Shown: one piece after another, positions 27,894-40,509 of the stretch
How positions within the stretch are numbered: position 1 is the stretch's first letter
Layout: every line of letters starts with the position of its first letter
Source of the DNA: Octopus vulgaris
Lineage: Eukaryota
Direction: 5' to 3'
Assembly: GCA_951406725.2 (NCBI GenBank)
Contig: OX597821.1
Coordinates: forward strand, 40,672,001 to 40,736,000
DNA length: 64,000 bases
The notes under the pieces: generated by a model
Told to the model about the DNA's origin: nothing
What the model saw: only the letters and a program-made list of their open reading frames with translations
Databases searched by the model: none
Made by a program: the position numbers and the translations under genes

Positions 27894-28261
27894 GTACATT
27901 AAGCTGAATGACTACCCCAATATCTTTTGTAGAGTACATGTTTATTATACTCTTACTAGGAAAATATTGGCAAGACTTTGAAGTCTTTGAAGTCTTGGCT
28001 TGTTGGCTTTCATCAGAGTGTCTGAGGAAAATGAACAAAGCCAAAACTTTGAAGTCACAGTCAAGATTTTTGAAAAAGTTAGAGTTAAACATTTTTAGAA
28101 TATCATGTTATAAATGCAATATATAAAAAAAGAAAGCTGTTCCCCATACATGCATGCGTACACACATATACACACATAAATATACACTTGCATACATACA
28201 TTCATACATACATACATACATACATACATACATACATACATACATACATACATACATGTAT

Positions 28262-29595
28262 GCTAGACTTAGGAAAATATGGCAGTCAGAGCTCTCCTCT
28301 TACAACAAGACAATATCCCACAATGCATTTGCAGTACCAGTGCTGATCCCAACATTTGGGATACTTGAAAAAATTCACTCCATAGATATCAAAACCCGCA
28401 AAATCCTGACAACAACTGGGAACTTCCACAGAAACAGTGAGGTTGACAGGCTCTACCTAAGAAGAAATGAAGGCAGTAAAGGCCTGAGGTCAGTGTAGAT
28501 GGCCTTTGAATGCCATATGGTGTCACACAGGCAGCACCTGCTGAAGAACAGCAGCAAAAATAAATATATAAATGCAGTCCTGAAAAGTGAAGTGAGCAAC
28601 ATTGTATGAGGTGGCAGTGAACTCCTCAAGAAACACACTCTTCAGCCCTCAAGAAACACTCTCCTATACAGATCCCAAACAGCTGGATGGAAAGCACTCA
28701 GCATACAAAAAAAAAGTCTATGCATGGGTATGTTGCATGGAAGCTTGAAGAAGACAGTATAATTGACACAAAGCACAGCCTCTCTTGGACACAAGACCAC
28801 TACATCACATCACACTTTGAAGGCTATGCGTTTGCAATCCAGGAACAGAAGAATTGCCAGTGGTATTACTGGTATTACCTGGTGAACAAAGCAGACAGTG
28901 ACGCTCTGTAGTCTATGTCATGTTTCTGTGGAAGACATTATGCATGTGATTAACAACTGTCCTAATATGTCATCATGGTACTGCCTCTCTATGCGGCATG
29001 ATGATGTTGCTAAAACAATTCAAGATGCCATCCACAAAAATTACTGTCCTGACATAAACTTAGAAAATCTGTCTGTTATGGAATGCATTCGTAAACACCA
29101 ACTTAAGGAACACTGGTGGAATATTCCCATCAAAACTTTTGACAAATGTAAACATAACAGACCGGATATTGTCGTTTGGGACAGAGGGGTAAATGTATGT
29201 ACTATCATAGAAGCCAGTTGCCCTGCAGATATAAATATTTCTTTGAAAATCAAAGGAAAAGAGGACATCTATAGACAACTGCTTTGACACTGTCAGCTTC
29301 TATATCAAGAATATGAATTCATATTCCTACCAATAATAATTGGAGCACTGGGTTTTGCTAGTAAATGCTTAAAGGAGAATATAGATAAACTTGGATTTCA
29401 GAAAGAGAAACTGACCAGCTAACTCATACATTCCAATGCAATCTGCGAGTGGAACAGTAAAAATATGCAAGACTTTTCTAAAATTCCAAATATGAATTTG
29501 TCTATGTTAAATACACCCCAAAGATGGAGCCTTGTGTCTTTGTTGGAAACTGGCTTCAACCTCAGTGGAGGATTTATAATTATTAAAAAATAGAA
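28262..29595 (+). mobile_element. Degenerate R4/Dong-like retrotransposon 3' part, flanked by (CATA)n
   Basis: NAFAVPVL, VDRLYL, CSLC..EDIMHVINNC, RHDDV, RPDIV and IIEASCP, with many stops. Confidence 0.85.
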
Positions 29596-30267
29596 GACAC
29601 ATACATGCATACATGCATACATATGTCTATGTTTGTAGAGAAGAATGGCAGGAGACAGATGTATTCTACATAAGCATTAAAACTTACACCACTCCTCAAA
29701 CATGAAAATCTATGTTACATTGATTGCACTTGCACAACACATTGCTCTGAGTTGACTATACAGCTGTTACAATGCAGTGCATTCTAGAATGATGTACCAT
29801 TAGCATTTATAAGATCTTATGCACAAAATAACAACATTTACACAAAAGTAGTAAATATGAATGCATAAATATTTTTCGATTATTGCCATTCTATCAATAT
29901 GCATACTTCATACAATAACCTATAATAACTGATATAAGAAGCGTTGTATAATCATATTGAACACGCTATTTGTCATTATATTGAAGGTCATGTTTGACGA
30001 TAGGATTATGTGACCTTGAAATACCAATAGGATAAATCTGGGAAAATTTATTTAAAAACTTGCCAATGTAAATAAAGAAATTGATAACAAAAAAAAATAT
30101 TCCAAAAATAAAAAATACATTGTAAAACATTGTAAAGTCATGTTTTTAATTAAATATGTCTGAAAGAAAAAGCTTTTCACATTTTATGCATACATATGTG
30201 CATGAGTGTGTTTGTGGGAATATATAGCATGTGTGTATGTGTATATAAATATATATATATGTGTGTG

Positions 30268-30306
<39 letters not shown>

Positions 30307-30345
30307 AAATGTGTGTACGTATATGTGTGTGTATGTGTGCATGTA

Positions 30346-30388
<43 letters not shown>

Positions 30389-31504
30389 GTAAATACACAT
30401 ATAAATTTACAGACATACATATATATGTGTTAAATATATGTATCTATGCAAACATATACATGTATTTACACTTATACAACTTTCACACATACAAAGTTTA
30501 TACATGCACACACACATACACATATGTCTGAATTATGTCTGCATGTAAACATATTCACACGCATATTTACATGTGTGTGTGTGTACAGACATAAATATAT
30601 ATATATATATATATATAAATATATATGTATCTATGTATGTGTGAGAAAGATGTTGAATGTTGCTCTAAAACCAACTATTTTCAATAAAGAAAGAGCACAA
30701 ACACAAAATGAGCAAACGTAGATTATATGCGCAAGTCAAACATTTGGAATTTATACAGATAATCTTCATTGTGAAAGTAATTATTTTACAGGAATTGCGA
30801 AATTTCATTTCACACATTTTGTTTTCAATATTGTTGTTTTTGTACTTTAAAAATGGTGGCAACCAAAATATGAGTATTTGTAAGCCAACTTAGCAGAACT
30901 AATCTTTTTATTATTCACAAACTTTTGTTTACTTTTGTTTGTTTTTTTTGTTTTATTCGTCTGTTTGTCCTTGTTTTCCTTTTTCTGTAAACGGCTTCTG
31001 ATAATTGCTTTTTTGTGCTAATGAAAGGTTTGTACAAAGCTTTACAACAATTTAAACAGTTTGAGAAATTCCCAACAAATTTAAATTCATTGGGGACAAT
31101 AAATACAGATAAGCCAGTTTAGTTCATTATTTAAATAAACAATCTTAACTACCAATTAGATTTATGATTTCAATTGAATTTATTTGATGCAGTTGTTTAA
31201 ACTCATAAATTGTTCAGCTGGGGAAAAATAAAAATTTCCATTGATTAAATAAAAGTTAAAAATCAATTTGGACTGAAATTTTGTAAATTCTGAAATGATT
31301 ATCAATATTTATGTGAATTCTTTAAGCAGACCATCTTAAATTAGTTTCCATGCTGACAGACATTGTATTAATATTGTATATTCTATTCACTTGATTCTGT
31401 TCCTGTGAAAACTAACATCTGCAACAAATGCCTGTAGTTATAAAACTGACAGAACTAATGGCTAGAATAGGGACATTAGTTTGTTGATTGCAATTGGTAA
31501 TGAA

Positions 31505-32441
31505 AACAATGAAATTTGTATAACGAGGAAGAAGGAGATGAAGAAAGAGGAAATGAAGAAGAAGGAAATGAGGAAGAAGGAAATGAAGAAGAAGGAGAAG
31601 AAGAAGAAGAAGAAGAAGAAGAAGAAGAAGAAGAAGAATGAAATGAAGAAGAAGAAGAAGAATGAAATGAAGAAGAAGAATGAAATGAAGAAGAAGAAGA
31701 ATGAAATGAAGAAGAAGAAGAATGAAATGAAGAAGAAGAAGAATGAAATGAAGAAGAAGAAGAAGAAGAATGAAATGAAAAAGAAGAAGAAGAGGAAGAA
31801 GTAGAAGGAGGAGAAGGAGGGGGATGTGAAGAAGAAGGAAATGAAGAAGGAGGAGAAGGAGGAGGAGGAAATGAAGAAGAAGGAAATGATGATGATGAAG
31901 AAGAAGAAGAAGAAGAAGAAGAAGAAGAAAGAAATGAAGAAGAAAAAGAAGGAAATGAAGAAGAAGAGAGGAGGAGGAGGAGGAGGAGGAAAAGAAGAAG
32001 AAGAGAGAAGGAGGAGAAAGGGGAAGAGAAAGATGATAATAAAGAAGATGAACAGCAACAACAACATGCAAAAATGTTTTTGTCATGAAGAATATATTTT
32101 CTATAATACTCCATGCAAACCAAATTATGGATGAATGAGTCAAGAAATAACGATGACGAAAATGTTGCTGCTGCTGCTGATGATGGTGATGATAATGATG
32201 ATGATGGCTATAATGATGGTGGTAATGGTGGTAGCGATGGCTGTGATAGTTGTGGTGTGATGGCAATAACACCAATGCTGATGACAATGACCATAAGTAT
32301 GATGATGATGATGTTGATGATGATGACGACGATGATGACGACGATGACGACGATGATGATGATGGTGGTGGTGGTGGTGGTGGTGGTGGTGATGATGATG
32401 ATGATGATGAAGATCATGAGGATGATGATGATGATGATGAG
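31505..32441. repeat. Compound (GAA/GAAAT/GGA)n and (GAT/GGT)n microsatellite
   Basis: Read directly from the sequence. It explains the low-complexity ORFs here. Confidence 0.95.
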
Positions 32442-33096
32442 CTAAAGTAAATGTTACTAATGCTTTATACAGAAACGAAATTTAAAATTCAATTTGAACA
32501 GACTTCTAAATTTCTGTTTTATTATGAGAAAAACAGAACTGCATGAAGATCTATATATATATATATATATGTTCTGTGAGAAGATCAAGATATTTTGGTT
32601 TAATTGGGCAGATATTCTTCCAGCAGAGCAACGTTTGCACGAACAGGAAAGAAAACACTTAATATTCGTCATTATTTATAAATTTTACAAATGCAAATTG
32701 TTGACATTAGCTCTTCCCAGTTTCGATTACTTCAGCTGGTATCAGCGCTTTTAGACTCTCCACTGTTGCATATTTATGAGACTGAAAACGATCTCAATGC
32801 CAATATACTATAAACTTATTCTTCATTTTCTCATAGGATTAGAGATCCACTTCTAAGTTGTCGAGATCTATTATCGGAAAGTTATTTAAGAGTTATTTAA
32901 TGTCTTATGAAGGCTACCACACAACACAAATGGTAGACCAGAACCAAGCTTATTACACTTCATGCTGCTACTTTATCCGCCGTTGTCATTATGACTCCTC
33001 TTAAATCAAGCAAAAACTCATCAAAGAAAAATGGCTGAGGGCATCTTATGTAGAGCTACTAGTTCATACTTAATTATACTTTGTATACATACATTA

Positions 33097-33181
<85 letters not shown>

Positions 33182-33257
33182 TGTATAACCCTCATTCATC
33201 GTCTTCGATGAGAGAATCCACCATATGCGTGTATATATATATATATATATATATATA

Positions 33258-34162
33258 CAGAGTGTGGTATGTGAATTGTTGCTATTTTATATTTTTTAAT
33301 TGCACACATACACATTGTCTGTTTTTGATTTTGTTGACTGTTGACTACACAGTATAGTAGGGTCAGTTGGGCACTGTCCGTGATAAAAACAGTACCATGA
33401 CACAATTCACTCTCCCAGAAATTTAGAAACAACATGTCATATTGCTTGGCGATTATGACAGAAACTTCAACTATGAACATTTCAGAGTGTTTGGGTGTCA
33501 ATCTGAGAACAGGGCAAACTGAGGGCATGTTCCGAGAGTGATAAGAAGCAAATATCCAGTCGACATCATATATATATATATATAGAGTGACCACTAGTGA
33601 TGGTAACATTATGCCTCCATTCATCTTCTCACTTGGCCTCGCACTCAACATGGAGGCCTACATCAAGTGCCTGGAGAAGTTAGTGCTGCTCTGGATCAAG
33701 AGGGTGGCTGCTGGAAGACCCTATGCCTGGCAACAGGACTTTGCACCATGCCACACAAGCAGGAGAACCCAGTCATGGCTGTCGGACAATTTCTGCAACC
33801 ACATCACCCTTAACATCTGGCCACCTAACTCCCCAGACTGCAACCCCCTTGATTATTATGTGTGAGGTGCAGTTGAGCGAGAAACCAACAAAACTCCTTG
33901 CAACACCAAAGATGAACTGAAGGCAAGGATTATGGCAGCATTGACCAACTTAAACAAGGAGACCATCTAGAAGAGTTGCAGGAGATTCCGAAGTTGTCTG
34001 GAGGCCATGGTTGAAGCCAATGGCGATTTTATAGAATGAATTTACTCTTTAGCATTTCAAGATGTAAATTTTTTATGTAAATTTGGTAAATATATCTGTT
34101 AAAATAAGATGTCAATGTTATTTTTATTTTTGCATAATTTAGTTGACGGTTTATTCACTGTG
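33258..34162 (+). mobile_element. Internally deleted Tc1/mariner-superfamily (maT-like) DNA transposon
   Basis: ORF 33587-33865 reads WQQDFAPCHT..WPPNSPDCNPLDY. Flanked by TA; terminal repeats degraded. Confidence 0.8.
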
Positions 34163-34389
34163 TATATATTTACACACATACATACCCACATACATATATA
34201 CCCACATACATATATACGTACATACATACATACATACATACATACATACATACATACAAACACACACATACATACATACATACATACATACATACATACC
34301 CACATACATATATACGTACATACATACATTCATACATACATACATACATACATACATATGTGTGTGTATATATATATATCATCATCATC

Positions 34390-34715
34390 ATTGTTTAATG
34401 ACCGCTTTCCATGCTAGCATGGGTTGGACGGTTCAACTGAGGTCTGGGAAGCCAGAAGGCTGCACCAGGCCCAGTCTGATCTGGCAATGTTTCTACGGCT
34501 GGATGCCCTTCCTAACGACAACCACTCCATGAGTGTAGTGGGTGCTTTTTACGTGCCACCAGCACGGGGGCCAAGCAAGGCTGGCAACGGCCACGAACGG
34601 ATGGTGCTTTTTATGTGCCACCGGCACGAGGCCAGTCGGGGCGGCGCTGGCAACGGCCACATTTGGATGGTTCTCTTATGTGCCACCGGCATTGGTATCT
34701 CAGCTGCAATTTCCA
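34390..34715 (-). mobile_element. RTE 3'-UTR-related repeat
   Basis: Reverse-complement similarity to 59470-59870, with (CAT)n at the left end. Confidence 0.7.
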
Positions 34716-35583
34716 TTATATATATATATGTGTGTGTGTATGTGTGTGTATATATATATACATATTCATTAAAGCTGCAAAAACATCACAAAAACTGTGA
34801 CTTGGAGTTTCACATTCCCGTGCATTAGTCCAACAAATGGAAATGTGAAACTCTAAGTTTTGTGTTATGTCTTTGCAGCTGTTATAAAAAAGCATATTAC
34901 TCTGCCTTCGGTATACGAGTACTATTTTTGCCACCTTGTTTTGCATTGATGTGCTTACTCATATATATCTATGTATGTATAAACTGGTTGACAGTGCCAT
35001 CATTGCTTGCAGGTTTTTACAAGATTTGCAGCATTTTTATCAGCAAGAGTGGTAAAGGAATGTCTTTAACTCGGCATAGAACAAACATCGGCTTTTTATA
35101 GTTTTCTTACCAACGTTTTTATCATTTCCCAATATATAAAGGCAAACAATATAGACACACACACACACACGCATGCATACACACACACAAGGCAGTGAGC
35201 TGGCAGAGTTGTCAGCATATTGGGCAAAATGCATAATATCATTTTATCCATCTCTATGTTCTGAGTTCAAATTCCACTGAGGGTGACTTTGCCTTTCATT
35301 CTTTCAGGGTCAATAAAATAAGGACCAGTTAATTGACACACACCCTCCCCCAAAATTGTTGATCTTGCACCAAAATTTGAAACTAATATAGACACATACA
35401 AATACTATATATATATACATACACACACAAACTCACATATACATACATAAACATATAATACTAGCAGTATAACCCGGCCTTGCCCAGGATTAAGTTACGA
35501 TTATTAAGCTAATCAAGTTCTTTATTTCAAACCAAACTAAGTAATATAGATGTCAAATTTGCGCGAAATCCATTGAAATTAGT

Positions 35584-35625
<42 letters not shown>

Positions 35626-35878
35626 TATATATATTATATATATATAATATAAATATATATGGGCAACAGACACGAACACACATACACACACGTATGTACG
35701 TACACCTATTGCATGTTTTGTGCACGCATACATGTTCATAAACAGAAATGAATGGAAAAAAATGTTAAATTTGTAGATTAACACTCGCACGATTTTCACT
35801 AAAGTATATTATACTGTGATTATAAAATATGGTGTCTTTCCAAAACAAAAAACAAAACATTTTACATTTTATTTTTTT

Positions 35879-36276
35879 CTAGCAGTATCGCCCGGCGTAG
35901 CTCGGGTTTGTAAGGGAAATAACTATATAAGCATTTTTAGAGATGTAAAATATAATAGCCATCTCAATATGGCTAACCACAAAGGGGCGGGGTGTTACTG
36001 TAGCTTTTTACGTTCTGAGATTTAATAATAAACTTTTAGAGAGTTACTTCCCTTATATATGCCAAAAATGCATTAAAAATGGGAAAAATTGATGGTAAAC
36101 TTTTTTTTAAATCGTAGACTCATCGTAGACGCGCGCTAATACCCAGAAGGGCTCGATATGAATCACGACTATAAGATACCCGGTATTGGTTAAACTGCAC
36201 AGCAAAATGTGGGAGTAGTTAGGAATCTAAATCGTAGGAGACAGACAGCACACAACCTCACTTTTATATATAAAGA
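35879..36276 (-). mobile_element. Short non-autonomous Helitron
   Basis: Minus strand: TCtttatatataaaag ... cccgagctacgccggg hairpin ... ctgCTAG. Confidence 0.75.
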
Positions 36277-36389
36277 TGAACGTCATAACTTACTCTCTCT
36301 CTCTCTCTCACTTTGTCTTTCCCGTGAAACTTTCTGCCACCTTCTTCCAATTTTCTTTATCTTATTATTTTTTTTTTGTTAGACGCTGG

Positions 36390-37797
36390 TAAGAACGTCG
36401 TCATTTAATCTCTCTTGTAAGGCGCTCTATTTCCTGCCAAAAGCCACTGAATGGTGGGTTAGGGATGCCGTGGCTAAAAATGCGCAGACATGCGCTCAGG
36501 CTTAGGCACCTCTGGCTTTACCTGGACGGTAAGCAGGTGTGGTCTCCGTTCGTCAAGCTGTTATTTCCACAGTTCACATCGTTTACCAAACTAAACTCAT
36601 GGATCAAGTGTAGACCGCGGTTGGGCGTGTGACATGTAGAGTGCCATCAGGTACTCATGCTTCTTTCCCAGTCGGGCAACGCCGGTGGCGGGGGTACTAC
36701 GTCGTTCTTCTATAGAGGGGTAGTAGAGTTTAAGTGTGACGACATCCTGGGAGACACCCTGGACTTCGACGAAAATCAACTGGCCAGCTTGTTCCAAAGA
36801 ACATTAGGTCCGGGGCCTATGGATAATTACCAAAAGTCCCTGGCCTGGCAATGTTACAGAGGAGCTTTACGGGTCGAGATAAGCTCTTTAGACATGGGTG
36901 TGCACCTTCACCGGTTTGTGCAAGATGTGAGAGGGACAGTGAAACTGTCCTGCATGCGATTGTGCAATTCCCCAAGGTGACTGAACTCTGGGCTTATGTC
37001 GAACACCTGCTGTCGCATTCGAGAAGAGTACAACTGTCGAGCGAATCTGTAATTAAGATCGTTCCGCCGACATCCCTGAACTTGGAGGAGCGAGCTTGTT
37101 TTCTCTCGGTAGTTGCTGGGGCGAAAGAAGTAGTATGGAAGACGAGAGTGAAAGGAATTGCAACAGGAATGTTTATCTCCAGTCTCGAGCTTGTTGTTGT
37201 TATATATATATAATGTATTGAGTATTAAAGGAAGTAGTGAGTACTTAGTATGAAAGAATAAGAAAATGAGAGAGACTGAAAAAACGTGTTAACGATACGA
37301 GATACTTTATTAGACTCCCGTTGTTGTACAAGGTATTTGTTGTGGCGGGAAACTTACTGAATGTCCTTGTATCAAGGGAGACAATGGGCAACGTTGATTG
37401 TTCATGTTTGTTGTGATGATTACATAACAGAGCTAATCGACTTTTTCGTTTTCCACATGAAATGGAAAATAAGGCTGGAGAAGAAATGCCTGTCACAAAG
37501 TGTGTTTCGTAAAAGATGGAAGTATATAGCAAGTATGTTGCGAGTGAAAGAACCTGTTTAATCGAGAATGTAAAAATGGAGAAAGCAAAGTCTTCAGTGT
37601 GAGTATGTGGTTTGTGGGGTCGACCGCGTCCTCCGCTTCATTTCTTGTTAATCACTCATTCTCATTTAATTGTATATATTTTAATTGTCTGTTTATTCAT
37701 ACATTTCGTCTCATTCGACACCCTGATCCCAATGTTTGTTTTGTCTGTCCCCGTATTGTCCCCTCTTTTTCTCAACCTTATGGTGAATAAAGAAATT
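36390..37797 (+). mobile_element. 5'-truncated L1/Tx1-clade LINE 3' end
   Basis: zf-RVT-like CARCERDSETVLHAIVQFPKVTELW, a frameshift, a T-rich 3' UTR and AATAAA near 37787. Confidence 0.7.
37192..37429 (-). mobile_element. Solo LTR (238 bp) with 5-bp TSD
   Basis: GAGCT|TGTT...AACA|GAGCT. Removing it restores the LINE frame (SLEL|IDFF). AATAAA is on the minus strand. Confidence 0.8.
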
Positions 37798-38164
37798 CCC
37801 TCTCCCTCTCTCACTTTGTCTTTCCCGTGAAACTCTCTGCCTCCTTCTTCCACTTTTCTTTATCTTTTTTTTTATGTCAGACGTCATCAAAAAGGAATGG
37901 CTGATATTTGTTATGGTTAAAAGCTATGGTTGAAAATGATTGAAAATAGATTTTTAACTCTATCCACGGGTGCCTCGGGGAAAAAATAAGTTGACAAATG
38001 TCCTCCTAAAATTTGAGCGACATGCGTGCTAATTTGTGGACGTGCATAAATTACAATCACGTACACACACATCCTCCCTTTTATAGATATGATATATATA
38101 TATATATATACATACACACATACATACACACAGACTCACATATACATATATAAATATATAATAT

Positions 38165-38217
<53 letters not shown>

Positions 38218-38283
38218 ATAAAACGGTAAGATAACAAAAGAAAGAAAGAGACCTCAATATTATGTAAATAGAGGAAATTTATC

Positions 38284-38485
38284 TATACAATAATATGTTA
38301 CTTTACTCGGTAGTCAAGATAAAACTCTGAGTTTCAGATGCCGAAGTGGAAATCCACAACACCATCTCTTCGGTTATCTGGAAATAGCCAGATAACCGAA
38401 GAGATGGTGTTGTGGATTTCCACTTCGGCATCTAAAACTCAGAGTTTTATCTTGACTACCGAGTAAAGTAACATATTATTGTATA
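38284..38485. repeat. 98-bp-arm palindrome with hammerhead-like motifs, inside (TA)n
   Basis: 38284-38381 pairs with 38388-38485, with one mismatch and the loop aaatag. Confidence 0.92.
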
Positions 38486-38488
38486 TAT

Positions 38489-38538
<50 letters not shown>

Positions 38539-38575
38539 AAAAAAGGTTTGAAAATGCAATTTAAACGATGTTTAT

Positions 38576-38620
38576 TTACTTAACCGGTTTCACTCTTTGG
38601 TAAAAGATTGTCAAAAGTTA
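38576..38620 (-). ncRNA. Minimal hammerhead ribozyme, U3:A8 variant (3' pLTR)
   Basis: taactt-TTGACAA-t-ctttt(acca)aagag-t-GAAA-ccgg-TT-aagtaa, with a palindromic ACCGGT stem III. Confidence 0.65.
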
Positions 38621-38632
38621 CATTTAAGGAAA

Positions 38633-38862
38633 CATTGAATAATATGGGTTCAAAAAAAGTTTTTTACATAATTGTCACATTGAATATTATGCATTCAAAA
38701 AAGTTTTTTACATAATTGTCACATTGGATATTATGGGTTCAAAAAAAGTTTTTTACATAATTGTCACATTGAATATTATGCATTCAAAAAAGTTTTTTAC
38801 ATAATTGTCACATTGGATATTATGAATTCAAAAATGTTTTTTTATACATAATTGTCACATTA
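38633..38862. repeat. About five copies of a ~44 bp tandem repeat within the pLTR (also at ~44295-44523)
   Basis: Unit cacattgaatattatgcattcaaaaaagttttttacataattgt. Confidence 0.9.
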
Positions 38863-40101
38863 TTTGGGAAAATTTGGCAGAAAAGGATAAAACAAATATA
38901 TTATTGGGAATTGGTTGCGTTAATTATTGGTTGTCGCAAATTGTCACATTACATGTATATATATACAATCTTTGGTATATATATACAGCGTTTTGACAGC
39001 AAAAATTAAAATGGATTTTTTGTCCATCTCAGAATATTTTAAGTATGTTTTTACTGACCTGTCAGTATTAGCAGAAAGGCTGAACTGAGAGAACAGAAGT
39101 AGCCAATGTGGTGTATACTTCCCCTTTATGCATGAATGATTTTGGGGTTATCAGGAGGTTAGTATGCGGGTGTGAATAGATGTGTCCGTGCCTGCTGGTC
39201 AGACAGCGTCTGTTTGTCACACACATATATATACACACAAACACACACACACACAACAACACACACACACACACACATAGTATACAAACACAAACCACAT
39301 ACAAACAACACACACACACACAGAACACACACACCCACACACAACGCACCCACATATATCACATATACACACAGCACACAAATATAACATGTATCTATAT
39401 ATAACATACACAGATATATAACACACATACACACACACACACACAACACACGCACACATACATACATAATATAAATATCACACAAATACACCTAGCATAT
39501 ATATATACACACATACAATACACACATACAGCATGTAAGTAATATACATACACAATATATGCATGCAATATACATACGCAATACATACATATAATATATA
39601 TATATATAGACAATGCATATACATATATACACATATACATATAAATAGTGTTTACATACACATACATAGATGTACCACATATACACACAACACACATAAC
39701 ATACATACACACACAATGCATACACATACACGTACGCATACATATAATATATATATACACACACACACACATAACATACATACACACACAATGCATACAT
39801 ATATATACACGCAATGCATATACATGTATTCATGCACATATAGCACACCTACAATATACATATATACAGTGCACACATACACACAAATATATACACTTAA
39901 TTGTACACGTACATATACAATACACATACATACAATATACATATATACAATGCGCATGCAAATAATGTACAAAATTCACCACCCCCCACACACACAAATT
40001 ACAAACCTATAGCGTACACACTCAAATATATCTCTACATGCCGCACATACACACAAACAAAGTACTAACATATACACACATACCATGCATATACACACAC
40101 A

Positions 40102-40144
<43 letters not shown>

Positions 40145-40509
40145 GATACATATGTAAATACATACACACGTATACAATGCTCACACACACACACACACAC
40201 ATACACACACACCCGCACACAGTGCACACACACACACACATATATACACACGTGCACACACACAAACACATACAACGCGCGCACACACACATATACACAC
40301 ACACGCACACAGTGCACACACACACACACACACACATATATCACCTACATATATATAATGCATGCGTGTGCATGCCACGTATGTGTGCGGTCAATGCCCG
40401 CTAGTGTGTCCTATGCGTGCCGATGCGCGCATGTGCCCGCCCGCACGATATGCTGTGAGCGTGCGCGCGTCCCTGTGTGCTTGCTCTGGATGTGCTTCCA
40501 GGGGGTATG

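Larger units (their letters stand above)
35461..38092 (-). mobile_element. Putative non-autonomous Helitron containing nested insertions
   Basis: On the minus strand it starts A|TC-atatctataaaa and ends with a GC hairpin plus CTAG|T at 35461. That the two ends belong to one element is inferred. Confidence 0.55.
38531..39433 (-). repeat. 3' pLTR
   Basis: Direct repeat of 44193-45094. The offset shifts from 5662 to 5661, which is one A-run indel. Confidence 0.93.

Noticed and set aside
27975-28020. CTGATGA-AAGC..GCC on the minus strand near (TA)n
   Set aside because: GAAA and stem III are absent, so it is too degenerate to call.
31412-32450. Long poly-L/F/S/K ORFs
   Set aside because: Stop-free frames produced by trinucleotide microsatellites.
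38633-38862. CRISPR-like ~44 bp repeats
   Set aside because: Plain tandem repeats without spacers, inside a pLTR.
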